Shown here: piece by piece, positions 52,800 to 64,000 of the stretch
Layout: every line of letters starts with the position of its first letter
Numbering within the stretch: the first letter of the stretch is position 1
Source: the human T2T-CHM13v2.0 reference genome, Homo sapiens
Direction: 5' to 3' (one strand)
NCBI RefSeq assembly: GCF_009914755.1
Contig: NC_060933.1
DNA length: 64,000 nucleotides
Notes under the pieces: generated by a model
Told to the model about the DNA's origin: nothing
Seen by the model: the letters and a program-made list of their open reading frames with translations, nothing else
The model's database searches: none
Made by a program: the position numbers and the translations under genes

Positions 52800-53249
52800 A
52801 GATTCTAGTATTTGATAGGGCTGCAGTAACAAAGTTCCACAACCTTTGTCATTTAAGGGTGGCGTAAATGACAGCAATGTATTATCTCACAGTTCTGGAA
52901 CCTGTAAGTTCAAGACTTACAGAGTTGGGTTTTTCTGAGGGGGGTGAGAGAAAATCTGTTCCATGCCTCATGCCTGGCTCCTGGTGGCTTGTTGGCAATC
53001 TTTGGTCTTCCTTGGCTTGTAGATATCATCTTCACGTAGCATTCTCCATGTCTATGTTTCTCAGTGTCCAAATCCCCACCCCTTTTATAAGAACATCAGT
53101 CATATTGAATTAGAGCTCACTCTAATGACCTATCTTTACTACTTACTTCAGCAGCAAACTGGTTTCCAAATAATGTCACATTCTGAGCCATTGTGAGTTA
53201 GGACTTCAATATATGGATATTTGGGGGACACAAGTCAGCACATAGTACA
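52800..53249 (-). mobile_element. MaLR solo LTR (MLT1C-like)
   Basis: 'agggctgcagtaacaaagttccacaa...tctcacagttctgga...ctggtggcttgttggcaatctttgg...tttccaaataatgtcacattctgag...ttaggacttcaatata'. Confidence 0.9.
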
Positions 53250-54649
53250 ATCCATGACAGATCTGGAGAACTGAGTGACAAGGAGACCTGTGGCTCACTT
53301 CTCCAGCAGAGGACCAGACCCCACAGTGGAAATGACCAGGTAGTAGGTCCATACAGAGAGGCCTCAGCCCTACAAGAGGGAGAGCAGCAGAATCATCCTG
53401 TGTGGTTGAGCAAGTAGACATGTAAATTGGAGCCATGGATACCTGGGTCATAAACTGGTTTTAGAGGGCTCATGATGTTTCTGAAACCCATGACAGTGCT
53501 GGAGCAGGAGAATGTTTGCATGTGCTGAGAGGGTCCCACTAAACTCAGAGCAAGATCCAAATGGGAAGGGTCTATTTGGACAGGGATGAGAAAGAACAGA
53601 GCTGCCATCAACATGGAAACTTGGAGGAAGAAAAGTGATTTCTGTTGTTGTCTGACTGTGGAGAGGACTCAACCCTTCTCTCCTCCCTCCACAAGAGGAG
53701 TTTTGTCTGGATGTGTGCACTCTGGCGAGCCAAGCTTGGGTTGTGCCAGGCTAGACCAGAAGTGATGCCCGCAACCTGTTCCTGCCATTAGCGCTAAAAG
53801 AGAAAAACCTCAGGAGGGCAGGGGCTGCTGGAGCCAAGCTGGGATTCTGGGGTATGCTATTCTCAGACACCCCCAGAGGAAAGGAGAAAGAGAAACTTCC
53901 CAGGGTGGCCATTTAGTAAAACAAATTGACTGACCTATTAGCCAACATTTCACTGCACATTGGGGAAAAACAAGTATGAACTCTTTTCCTCCCCATTGCT
54001 GATTATAGGTTGAAACTCCCTTATAATAAAATGCCATGAGACACTAGAAGCCAGGTAGATGTTTCAAAGAGAAACAGACTTTTCTAAACATTGGCAATGA
54101 TTTTCTTTGTAAATAGGTTTAACCTTAGACCTTCTGTCATCTCACATTTTTATACAGGAAATTAATTTTCTTCATCCTCTTGGTGTTTGAGGGAAGGGAA
54201 AGAAAGTTGAACAAGTCCCTGGGATTTCAAAAAGCTGCCATATAAACTTTAAAATTAAACAGATGTTATATGAATCACACGTAAATTGGAGCCATGGGAA
54301 CCTGGGTCATAAACTGAATGGGATGTTCTGAAGTGAGAGAAGTGGTGGATTTTTTGGCAATTATTAAAGGTCTCATGGATCAAAAATATCAAATGAAAAT
54401 GGATCTTCGTGTTCAGCAAGAGTTAGAGAATATTCCAAAGCATAAATCCTTTCCAGCAGATTTTAAACTTCCTGAGGGCAGAGGCTATATCTTTCTCCAC
54501 TTTCCATTCCTAGCACCTACAAGTGCCTTGCACAGGGCAGACGCCTGAACCATTTACTGAATTCAACCCTTTGAGAGCAAGCATGTCATTGCAGTAGGTA
54601 ACTTTTAAGTGCTGGGATTCCTATAGCTGACCCCAGTTTCATTCTTGAC

Positions 54650-55078
54650 TGCTTTAGCTTAGTTTTTCTCAGAAGCAGAGGCTGAGTCAAAGACTTGAGT
54701 ATAGAAAGTATATTTTAGAGGTGACCTTGAGAAGCAAGAGTGAGGGAGAGGTGACAATGAGAGGAGAGGAGGAAGAGACAACATTACAGTGGACTATCAG
54801 GGTCTCTGCTGTAGGAAACGGCCAGGATGGATTTTGCTGGAACCCCTTTGAAGTGTACAGAATGCCTCCTAGAATGGTCCATCCCAAGGACAGAGGCTGG
54901 GGCATTTATCCACTGGCTCTAGTGGCCCATGTTGAGAGCAGGCTTTGAGGCAGAAAGACAGAGAGATGGATCTACATGCACTTGAGTGGGACACTTATCA
55001 TGGGTTCAGCTCTGTGGGGATTGAAATCAGAAGCGGCCCAGGAGGATGTGATATGGCAAAGAAGAGTGTTTCCTCCAC
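54650..55078 (-). mobile_element. ERVL solo LTR (LTR33-like)
   Basis: 'ctcagaagcagaggctgagtcaaagacttgagt...tagaggtgacc...ggctggggcatttatccactggctc'. Confidence 0.7.
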
Positions 55079-55508
55079 TTACTGTCATAGCTTCCCTTCT
55101 CTCCGTCTTCTTTGATGAAGATGCTCCTATTTGATCTATTCTAGGTGGTATTTATGGCTATCTCTGAGTATTTTTTAAACAGAAAAAAACTTACCCTTGA
55201 TTTTAAGTGATTACTTTTGCAATTTCTAGTAACAGGGTGGGGGAACCAAATCGGTATCAGAAAGCTTGTGAGCACATTCTGTCTCCTTAGGTGCTTGCCA
55301 CACCTTTCGTGGGGAAAGATTCCTGGAGGGTAATTCGTCCCATGCCTTGTCCACTCAACCTCCTTACTCTTCCTTTCTCTCTGCTTCCTACAGTGAGTCT
55401 TGGCCCTGCCATGCCAATTTCACTTCTGCCCATATCTTTGCTGATTCAAGTTAGTCATCAATCAATTCACCTAAGAACTGTCTCTCTACTTCCATACCGC
55501 TTTCTAGC

Positions 55509-56043
55509 TGTCATAGGTTGAATTGTGTTCATCCTGCCCCCAACTCCCACCCTTCATGTGTTGAAGTCCTAACCCCCAGTACTTGAGAATATGACCTATT
55601 TATAAATAGAGTCATTGCAGGTGCAATTTGTTAAGCTTGTCAATACTTGCCTGTATACATAGCACAATCTCCTTTGTTGATGGCCAGTAGGAGTAGGGAG
55701 GGCTTCTAATCAAATATGACTGGTGTCCTAATAAAAAGGGGAAATTTGGACTGAAAGACAGACAAGTATAGACAGAAGACAAAATGAAAAGACACAGGGA
55801 GAAATTGGCCATCAACAAACCAAGAAGAGAGAGAAAGTGAGCAGATCCTTCCTTCACAGCCCTCAGAAGGAAACAACCTGGCCAACACCTTGATTTTTTA
55901 ATTCCAGCCCCCAGAACTGTGAGACAACAACCTTCTGTTGTTCAGGCCAACAAAATAGTTGTGGTGCTTTGTCACCATGTTTGTGATACTGGGTTACCAT
56001 GGTTTGTGTCACTTTGTTATGGGAACCCTAGCAAACGAATAGG
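55509..56043 (+). mobile_element. MaLR solo LTR (MLT1B/C-like)
   Basis: 'tgtcataggttgaattgtgt...gttgaagtcctaacccccagtact...gccctcagaaggaaacaacc...ccagaactgtgagacaa...ccctagcaaacgaata'. Confidence 0.9.
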
Positions 56044-56089
56044 CTAGCCACCCTCCATGCCTGGCTCAAAGCTTTCCTCTTCCATGAAT

Positions 56090-56490
56090 TTCAGTGGATT
56101 GTAAAGAGCCTTGGACCAGAAGTTAGAAACTCTGGGTCTAGTCCTGGTACCTATCACTACAAGAAACAATAAATTGTATAAATATGGGCAAATGTCTTAA
56201 CTTCTTTGGGTCTCTTTCTTCACAGGGCAAAATAAGGATAATACCACCCTGCCCCTGTTGCCTCAGAGCAGGCAGTGGGAATCCAAGGCAAATACATGTG
56301 AGAAAGTGTTTGTAAACTAGAAAGCACGACACAAATGTAAGGAGTGGGTGTAAAAAAGAGGAACTTGTTGAATCTTGATCTGGGAGTCAGTGCAACCTTG
56401 GGACAGTTGTTTATTTCATTTGAGCCTCAGTTCCATCTACTGTAAATTGAGATTATTTTGAAGGTCCCTCCCAGCTCTCAAGCTCTAGGA
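56090..56490 (+). mobile_element. Two MIR SINEs
   Basis: 'aagagccttggaccagaagttagaaactctgggtctagtcctgg' and 'tgagcctcagttccatctactgtaaatt'. Confidence 0.75.
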
Positions 56491-57189
56491 TTAAGTGCTT
56501 ATTATTAGTCATTTATTGATTCAATAAACATGGATTGTCTGCTCCATGCCAGGCTTTGCATGAGGCACAAGGGATAGGAGCATGAGTAACTTCAGCTCTG
56601 GTCTTCCAGGAGTTTTGTTCCTCCAAAATTTTCCTTCTCAGTAAATCCCATAATGGCCATCTCCACCCTTTGATGACATATTTTTCTCATCCTTGGAGGA
56701 ACAAAAGTTTGGAGAAACGTAAAGATGGGAGTAGGAAGTGATGGTTTTGGAGAGAGACTACTTCCAAAGCCATGTTGTTTTGTCAACAGTCAAGGAAGCT
56801 GTTGGCTATGGATTCCCCTTTTATAGGCCAAGAGTGACATTTTATTAAAGTTTCATCTTCCCAAATGTCCTAGCTCAGTCTGGCTTCATTTTGTTGGCAT
56901 ACCTCTGGGTTTACTAACAACATGCAGCTGTGTAAGGTGTGGGGCGAGCATGTCCTTTCCTTGAGTTACTTCTGACAGCCAGTATTTGCACTGTAAGTTG
57001 TGTCACCATCTCTTCTTTGGTTTTCAATTAATCTTTGTTGTATTTTGCATCATGGACACTCTGTTTATAAGAAATGTAAGCTGTCTGTCCTTATGTCACT
57101 CAGGCAAAACTCTGTGTGTGTTTGTCTCTGTGTCCAAATCACAGTGGCTGGACACTGGACTGAATCTAGACCCTGGACTTGAAGTATTT

Positions 57190-57590
57190 TATTGATTCAT
57201 CCAGCAAAAATGCTTTTTAGGGTATCCACACCTGGTTCTCTAATAGTAGTTGGGAACACAATAGTGACAAGCCAGGGAAGCTTATTGTGTGCATTGGAGG
57301 TTCCCTCCTGCTGAGAATGTAAGAAGCATATGAGGAAACAAAATAAGTTCAGATAATGAGTGCCAGGACAATGTGATAAACAGAGAGAAGGATGGACCCC
57401 AACAGCATTAGAAGAGGTGACCAAATAAGTCCTCTTTGAGAAATGATTTTTGAGCAGACACTTCAATGAAGAAAAGTGAGACATAGATTTGTGGGGAAGT
57501 GTGTTGCATGCAGAGGAAGCAGAAAATCTAAAGACCTCAATGACAGGAAGAATTTAGCACGTTGAAGAAATAAGAAGAAGGCATGGATAG
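57190..57590 (-). mobile_element. L2 LINE fragment
   Basis: 'gattcatccagcaaaaatgc...gggaacacaatagtgacaag...cctctttgagaaatgatttttgagcagacactt...gcagaggaagcag'. Confidence 0.75.
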
Positions 57591-58849
57591 ATTATAGAAG
57601 CTGCTGGAATGCTGATATTATTCCAACCCTTTCCCACCCCTCATTTCTCTGCTTCCCTTTTGTTTGAATGAGTTCTTTGGACCGATTCCTCATCCTGCCT
57701 GTCTACTTCCATTTCATCAATCTGCTGCATTGTCTTCATGGTTCCCTGAGAACTGCATTTATTAAGCCTGAAGCTATGAGAAACTGTTTCTTGGGATAGT
57801 TTGCTTTAGTTAGGTAAATGGGAGAAGGCAGCACAGAGTTGAAGAAGTGAACTAAAATATATCTCAGACAGGAGTAATTTAATCATAAAAAGATGAACTC
57901 ATTGAATTAGCATGAGAAAAGTAGGATTGATTGTAAGGATGGAAAGGATGCTCTTGGAACTCAAAGGTAGGGGGTACAGCTAGGCTTCATTGTCTTAGGC
58001 AGATCCTCTCTTTGTTGTCCTCTTTACGGGATGCTCGTCCTCTTATATCTACTTTTCTGCATGTCTGGTTCATTTTCTTCTTTGCAGCAGCTTCCTCAGC
58101 AAGGCTTTTAGTTACCTCTTGCCCATAACTTTGAATTGCACTTGACTTAGGTGGCAGGTATATAGCTTGACTGTTAGTGCCCAACCCTAAACCCTATAGT
58201 GACTATAGCCCAGTAACAATAGACTTCATTCTCAACTACAAATTCCAGAACAATGACTCTGGCTGGCCCAGCAGGGATAAGGCATCCATCTTTGGCCAAT
58301 TCAGATATATCTGATATGGGGAGTGTTCTCTTGGTTCATAAGAGTGCCTCTAGGGCCTGTGGGTGGGACAGCTTCTCTAATGAAATGGAATAGGTGGGAA
58401 TAAAGTCAATGCCATCTTTAGCAAAAAGGTTATAGGTAGAATGTGCTTGGAATAGGAGGATTTACACCAAGAGAGAAAATGTAGTCTAGACAGAAAACCA
58501 AGAGAGGGAAGGAAAATATTTGGTATTGTTAAGAAGTATGGTGGCCATGAAGATAGAGGTTTCGATTTTTTCTGATTTTTTAATACCATGCTTTTGTATA
58601 CATGCACACACATACACTCCATCTCTTCCCACAAATGACTTGATGCAGCTTTTATGAAAACATCTAAATTAAAATTCAGAACTGGAAGAAATAATATGGA
58701 GCTTAAGCTATTTTATTCTGCTTTATTGTCTATCTTTCCTAAACAGACTATGAATTTTTATATATGTCATCCATAATTAAGATTTAATTATTTAAGGCTG
58801 CTATGTGCACAACAAAGTCCATGTTTTCTTACTTTTTTAGCAGATAAAA

Positions 58850-59153
58850 AACATACATTTCCCAGTTTCTCTGCAACAAGAGGTCTATGTAACTAGGTGG
58901 TGGCCAATGGTATACGAGCAAACTTCCCATCCCTGGCCTCTGAAACATTCCCAGTGAATCTCCATGCTCCAGTACTCTTCCATTTTCTGCCATCTTGATC
59001 CTGAAGATCCAGTAGGGAATTCCAAATTCATAGAAGCTGGTTTAGCCACTGGGTGGAAAAATCTTAAATTCCTGAATGACTCGATGGAGCAGAAACTGTG
59101 ACGTGAGTAAGAAATGGGTAAAGCCATTGAGCTGTTCTATACTGACCAATGCA
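58850..59153 (+). mobile_element. Old MLT1 (H/J-like) LTR
   Basis: 'catttcccagtttctctgca...tatgtaactaggtggtggccaatgg...cctgaatgactcgatggagcaga...actgaccaatgca'. Confidence 0.65.
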
Positions 59154-59849
59154 TTGAGAATGTAGATTCTTTTCTGGGGTTTCTGCCTTCTCACTTAATG
59201 TGCGGCAAAGATGGTGGCATATTTCAATGTAAAACTAATAAATGCATATGATAGAATGGAGTAAAAAATAACTGCAAAGGGGATGTATCCATTTGACCCC
59301 AAGGAAATTGTCTTGAAATTGAAATATCTAGGAATGTGCCTAAGATGCTAAATCTTTAGGGATGGCATATAATTCACTTAGTGATTTGTTTTTTGACAAC
59401 AGAAGTGGTTTGCTTTCCATAAGAATGGATTCATCAGCTTAAGTTCATTCCAAAATGTCATCTACAATGTGCCCTCTTATTTACTAATGTCGTGCAGAGA
59501 GACATTTTCTTAAGAAAAAAAGTTAATCCTTTCCTCTGCCAAACAATGAACTTTTGGTAATGGAAATGCAAATAGAAGCACAATTCATTAACGTTTAAAT
59601 TTTTCCCTGGCCACACATATAACTGACATAGACATGTAATGTAGATGGTATATACAAATACATAAAAACACACACGTGTGCATGCACACACACATACACA
59701 GAGCTATCTTAGTTTGCCTTACATGCTGGTAAAGGTGTATAGTTTGTTTATTCTTGCTGCTTTGAAGTTTCTAACAGTCCTGTACTAATTTGTTTAGTTT
59801 TGTTTTATCATGAATTCTAAGTTTGCACGTTGTAGAATTCTCTAAAAGC

Positions 59850-60160
59850 TGTAGAAAAAGCAGTGAGCAAGAGTCAGTGATTTTAGTCTCATCTCTGCCA
59901 CTACTTGGCCTGTGACCCTAGACATTACCTCATCTCTTTGGATCTTAATTTCCTTAAGCATAAGATAAAGTTGCAGTAAGAAAATGGGCTTCAGAGTCTG
60001 ATGGATCTGGGTGACTGGGCAAGTTCTTTAGCTTGTCAAACCTTCATTTCTCTAATTTATAACATAAGGACAGTACCTTCTTCCTGTCAAGGTTGAGGCA
60101 AGCATTAGTGAGAAACGTCTCAAGGCCTGGTTCACAGTGAGTATTTAATTATTTGCTTCC
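59850..60160 (+). mobile_element. Two MIR fragments
   Basis: 'ctctgccactacttggcctgtgaccctagac' and 'gtgactgggcaagttcttta...atttctctaatttataa'. Confidence 0.65.
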
Positions 60161-60488
60161 CTTGTCCTGTCCTCTGGATATTGAGAGCTGACGCCTTCTA
60201 CCCAAAGGAGCAGCAGATGTGGAAATCCACTCTTTACCTTGTTGGAGGTCAGGCTGTTTCAGCTTTTACAGGGCAGAACTGGACTTCTTCTATTCTATTC
60301 TCTTAGTGATCAAAGTAGACATGCCTAGAAAAGGAGTGTGTTGGAGACATCATCCATTACATATCACAGTCACTGTGAGCACTGTACCAGATAAGGACCT
60401 AGCCCTGTGCAAAAGCAGGGATGGGCACACACCCATGACAATTTAGACTCACTGTATGCAAGATTGAGTCAGCCATTGCATGCACTTT

Positions 60489-60776
60489 ATGTTTGAAATG
60501 GAGTCTCGCTCTGTTACCCAGGCTGGAGTGTAGTGGCATGATCTCGGCTGACTGCAACCTCTGCCTCCCAGGTTCAAGCAATTCTCTTGTCTCAGCCTCC
60601 TGAGTAGCTGGGATTGCAGGTGCCTGCCACCACACCCAGCTAACTTTTGTATTTTTAGTAGAGATGGGGTTTTGCCATGTTGGCCAGGCTGGTCTTGAGC
60701 TCCTGACCTCAGGTGATCCACCTGCCTTGGCCTTCCAAAGTGCTAGGATTACAGGTGTGAGCCACCACACCCAGAC
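60489..60776 (-). mobile_element. Alu SINE (AluSx-like), very short tail
   Basis: Full reversed dimer with 'cctgacctcaggtgatcc'; degenerate TSD cattgcatgcacttt / cactgcatgcgcttt. Confidence 0.97.
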
Positions 60777-61121
60777 CACTGCATGCGCTTTTATGAGGTT
60801 CTTGCTTCCTCTTATATGAGCACATAGACAATAGGAGAGAAGAGGTAGGAAGGAGGGTAGAGATCCCATCTTGGCTACATGTTACTCTGATGGTGTCAGA
60901 GTAAATCCACAAGGGAGTCATCAAAGATCAGTTATCAAGAAACATGTTTACAATCTATGACTTATAACCTCTTTTTTAAGATACTGTTTTCTCTCAGTAA
61001 CCAATTGGTTTCTCTCAGTTAAAGGTCAAAAAAGAGAGAAAACATCACTGTTCTCTTCAGCAGAACTTTTGTCAGTGTGATCGAGAATTGTCTCAAGTGA
61101 CAAGTGAGCTGACCAGGGTAA

Positions 61122-61563
<442 letters not shown>

Positions 61564-61916
61564 AGAAAAACTCATTTCTTGTCCTGGCTTTGCTACTAAC
61601 TCGCTTGTAACCTTTAGCTAATCTTTTAATTTTCTGGGCCTCGGTTTCTACGTTTTTAAAATTGGAGAGTTGAAATGATTGATCTCTAAGATATTTAGTA
61701 CTAGTGTTATATAATTTCAGCATAGAATTTTTCTCAAGTATGTTCTAATACATGTGTCTCAAAATTCCCTAATTTGCACGTCACCTCACTCTACAGTTTT
61801 TCCCTTTGTCTATGCATTATATAGGCTAGACGATCATTTGTGGAATATTTTTATTTCAGTCCCTTTTGAAATTTATCTTCCTGAGCTGTAACATTCATGA
61901 GCTTACAACTTGATGG

Positions 61917-61920
<4 letters not shown>

Positions 61921-61954
<34 letters not shown>
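61921..61954. repeat. (CA)17 microsatellite
   Basis: Perfect CA run. Confidence 0.97.
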
Positions 61955-61958
<4 letters not shown>

Positions 61959-62498
61959 CCAGCTATTATCTTTTTTGTGTTCTTACATGTAATAACATAT
62001 ATTGGGAAATGCTACCATAGTATAGTATTTTGTGAGACAGATTAATATACAATACTCAAACATTGATCTTTATCTTGAGTGGCTTATCCAGTGAAGATCA
62101 AAAACAATGTGCCAATGTTTATGCTGGTCTATCGCCATTTCCCACTCACCAGGAAAAATCTGAAGTACGATATTGTTATTGTTCTAACAACCTTTGAGGA
62201 ATGCGACTTGCTCTTCTTGGTAACACCTGTTGGTTTACACCTAGAATTCTGTGCAACACAGATGTAACATAGCTTGCAAGACCAGAAAATCAAAGAAAGA
62301 TGCGGAAGGGGGGTTAGAACATTATTTAGATCAAATTATGAGTAATAGAATGTTACTTGTTTCACCGAGAAAGCATTGAATCATCTGACAATGCATTGTG
62401 TATGTCCTCTCTCTTCTATATTTTTGGCATATGAGCTAGGTTGTATATACACCTTCTTTAAGTCCTCTTTTAGATATTTAAAATATTGAATGTGTACA

Positions 62499-62536
62499 CA
62501 TTTATTTAATTAATCTTCATTTATTTAATTAATCTT
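62499..62536. repeat. Perfect 19-bp tandem duplication
   Basis: catttatttaattaatctt x2. Confidence 0.95.
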
Positions 62537-63334
62537 GGAAGATGAATAATTTCTTGTACATCTTGGTTTTGAAAGAGTTCCATAAGAATTAGAATTCATG
62601 AAACACACAGCAAGTTTAACCTAGCCTTCATTTTTGAAATCACCTGATATCAATTAGCATTCCTCCAGTTTGGGACTGATTTATGATGCCCTTGTAAGGC
62701 CCTGAAAATATGAAAGCAGAGAAGCAGTATTTCAAAATGCAGCATAAAATCAACAATAAAATGTATATTTATAACCTGAAAAGTATGATTTCATCTTGGA
62801 GAATTACCAACCCAATAGCAGTAATAAGCATGATTTTCATTGTACCATATTGTACTTATTAAGCACTTCAGGGGACTTGTGAATAAATCAAATTGTGGGA
62901 TCAGTTTTGGATATCTGAACACATTTTTAAATATTGTAAAAATGTGGAAAAGTATCACAACTGGTTATCATTTGTTCATGCTTTCCAAAGGGTTTTAATC
63001 ATAAGCTCATTCTTACATCCTCCTACAAGCTGGACTAAGGTTGGAATGGCCCTTAAAGTGAGGACCTTTGAATAAATGCAGGTTTAATATGGTCAAGAGA
63101 TAAGATTAGATCCTTCAAAAATCCCATTCAAATACCACAGATTCTAATTTATGCTCATAAAAGTCAGGGAAAACTAGGTGGTTTGGAGGATGCAATGTTA
63201 TCAGAGAATTTAGGGTGATGTACATGCCTGCTTTGGATTTAAACTTTAATAAAAATATTCAGGATGGAAAGTTAAGGCATTGAATTGAAATGTCCCAACT
63301 TGCTCTGTTTGCATTATGTTGGCTTCCACAAGTC

Positions 63335-63420
63335 AAGTCAATTCAATCCAACAAGTATTTGTTGACAGTGTACAATGTGTCAGGAAATGTGACAGGTGTG
63401 GGGGCTACAAAATCAAGAGA
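63335..63420 (-). mobile_element. L2 LINE 3' fragment
   Basis: 'attcaatccaacaagtatttgttgacagtgtacaatgtgtcagg'. Confidence 0.65.
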
Positions 63421-64000
63421 TAGCAGTTTGGGGAAGCTCTTGCTGGCATACAGATCAGTGTGACAGAGCTGAAGTTCCAGGTTGACCCCAGAGCATAGCC
63501 TTCCCAGATTTGGATAGTATTCTGAATTTAGATCAATTATCATGCATTCCAATGGAAAAGGGATGTATAGCTTGGCCTGATCTGCAGAGATCAGTATCCC
63601 CAATGAGTCATTCTAGGGTGATCCCAGGTTAAGTCCCAAGTAGCAGTGGGGTTAAGCTGGAGTGTCTGGCAAAAGTGTCTCAGATGGATGGTTCACCTAA
63701 TGAGAACCTCCATAATCAGGAGTAGGTTGGTAACAGGGGTTTCTCTAAGAAGCTTTAGGATCAGGACAAATAAACAAGATTTTTAAAAATCCCAACATTT
63801 TATTGACATTACCTTTTTTTATAGGGTAATTAGATCATAGGTTCTATAGCTGAAAGCAAAACAAACCACTTTTGCTTCAGGGTTATACGCATGTCAGGGT
63901 GTAAGCCTCCCTCCAGGTTTCTCAAAGGGAATGATAGACATGAGAGAGCACTAAAGAATTGTGTCAGGATGGCATGCCTTGAATTGGAGGTCTACTCACG

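Overview
Gene-poor, repeat-rich primate (human-like) genomic DNA; the AluY, AluS, AluJ and L1PA elements place it in a simian, probably catarrhine, lineage. I find no supportable intact protein-coding gene, RNA gene, CpG island or CRISPR-like array. The ORF track is almost entirely repeat-derived or chance ORFs. Recognisable content: (1) a frameshifted processed metallothionein (MT1/MT2-type) pseudogene on the minus strand at ~8.75-9.12 kb; (2) a probable 3'UTR-only retrocopy at ~51.3-52.2 kb, bounded by a 15-bp target-site duplication (TSD) and interrupted by an Alu; (3) the 3' half of an ancient ERVL/HERV16-type provirus (RNase H/integrase/dUTPase remnants plus an LTR16-type LTR) at ~28.7-31.0 kb; (4) nine Alus, several L1 fragments including one with a 23-bp twin-priming inversion, many MaLR solo LTRs, MIR/L2 relics, DNA-transposon MITEs and microsatellites; (5) a series of short local duplications, two of which multiply or create transcription-factor motifs (STAT GAS triplet; paired-class homeodomain P3 palindrome). 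I see no convincing novel biological system. Repeat subfamily names come from recalled consensus sequences, not from a search, and boundaries of old repeats are approximate.
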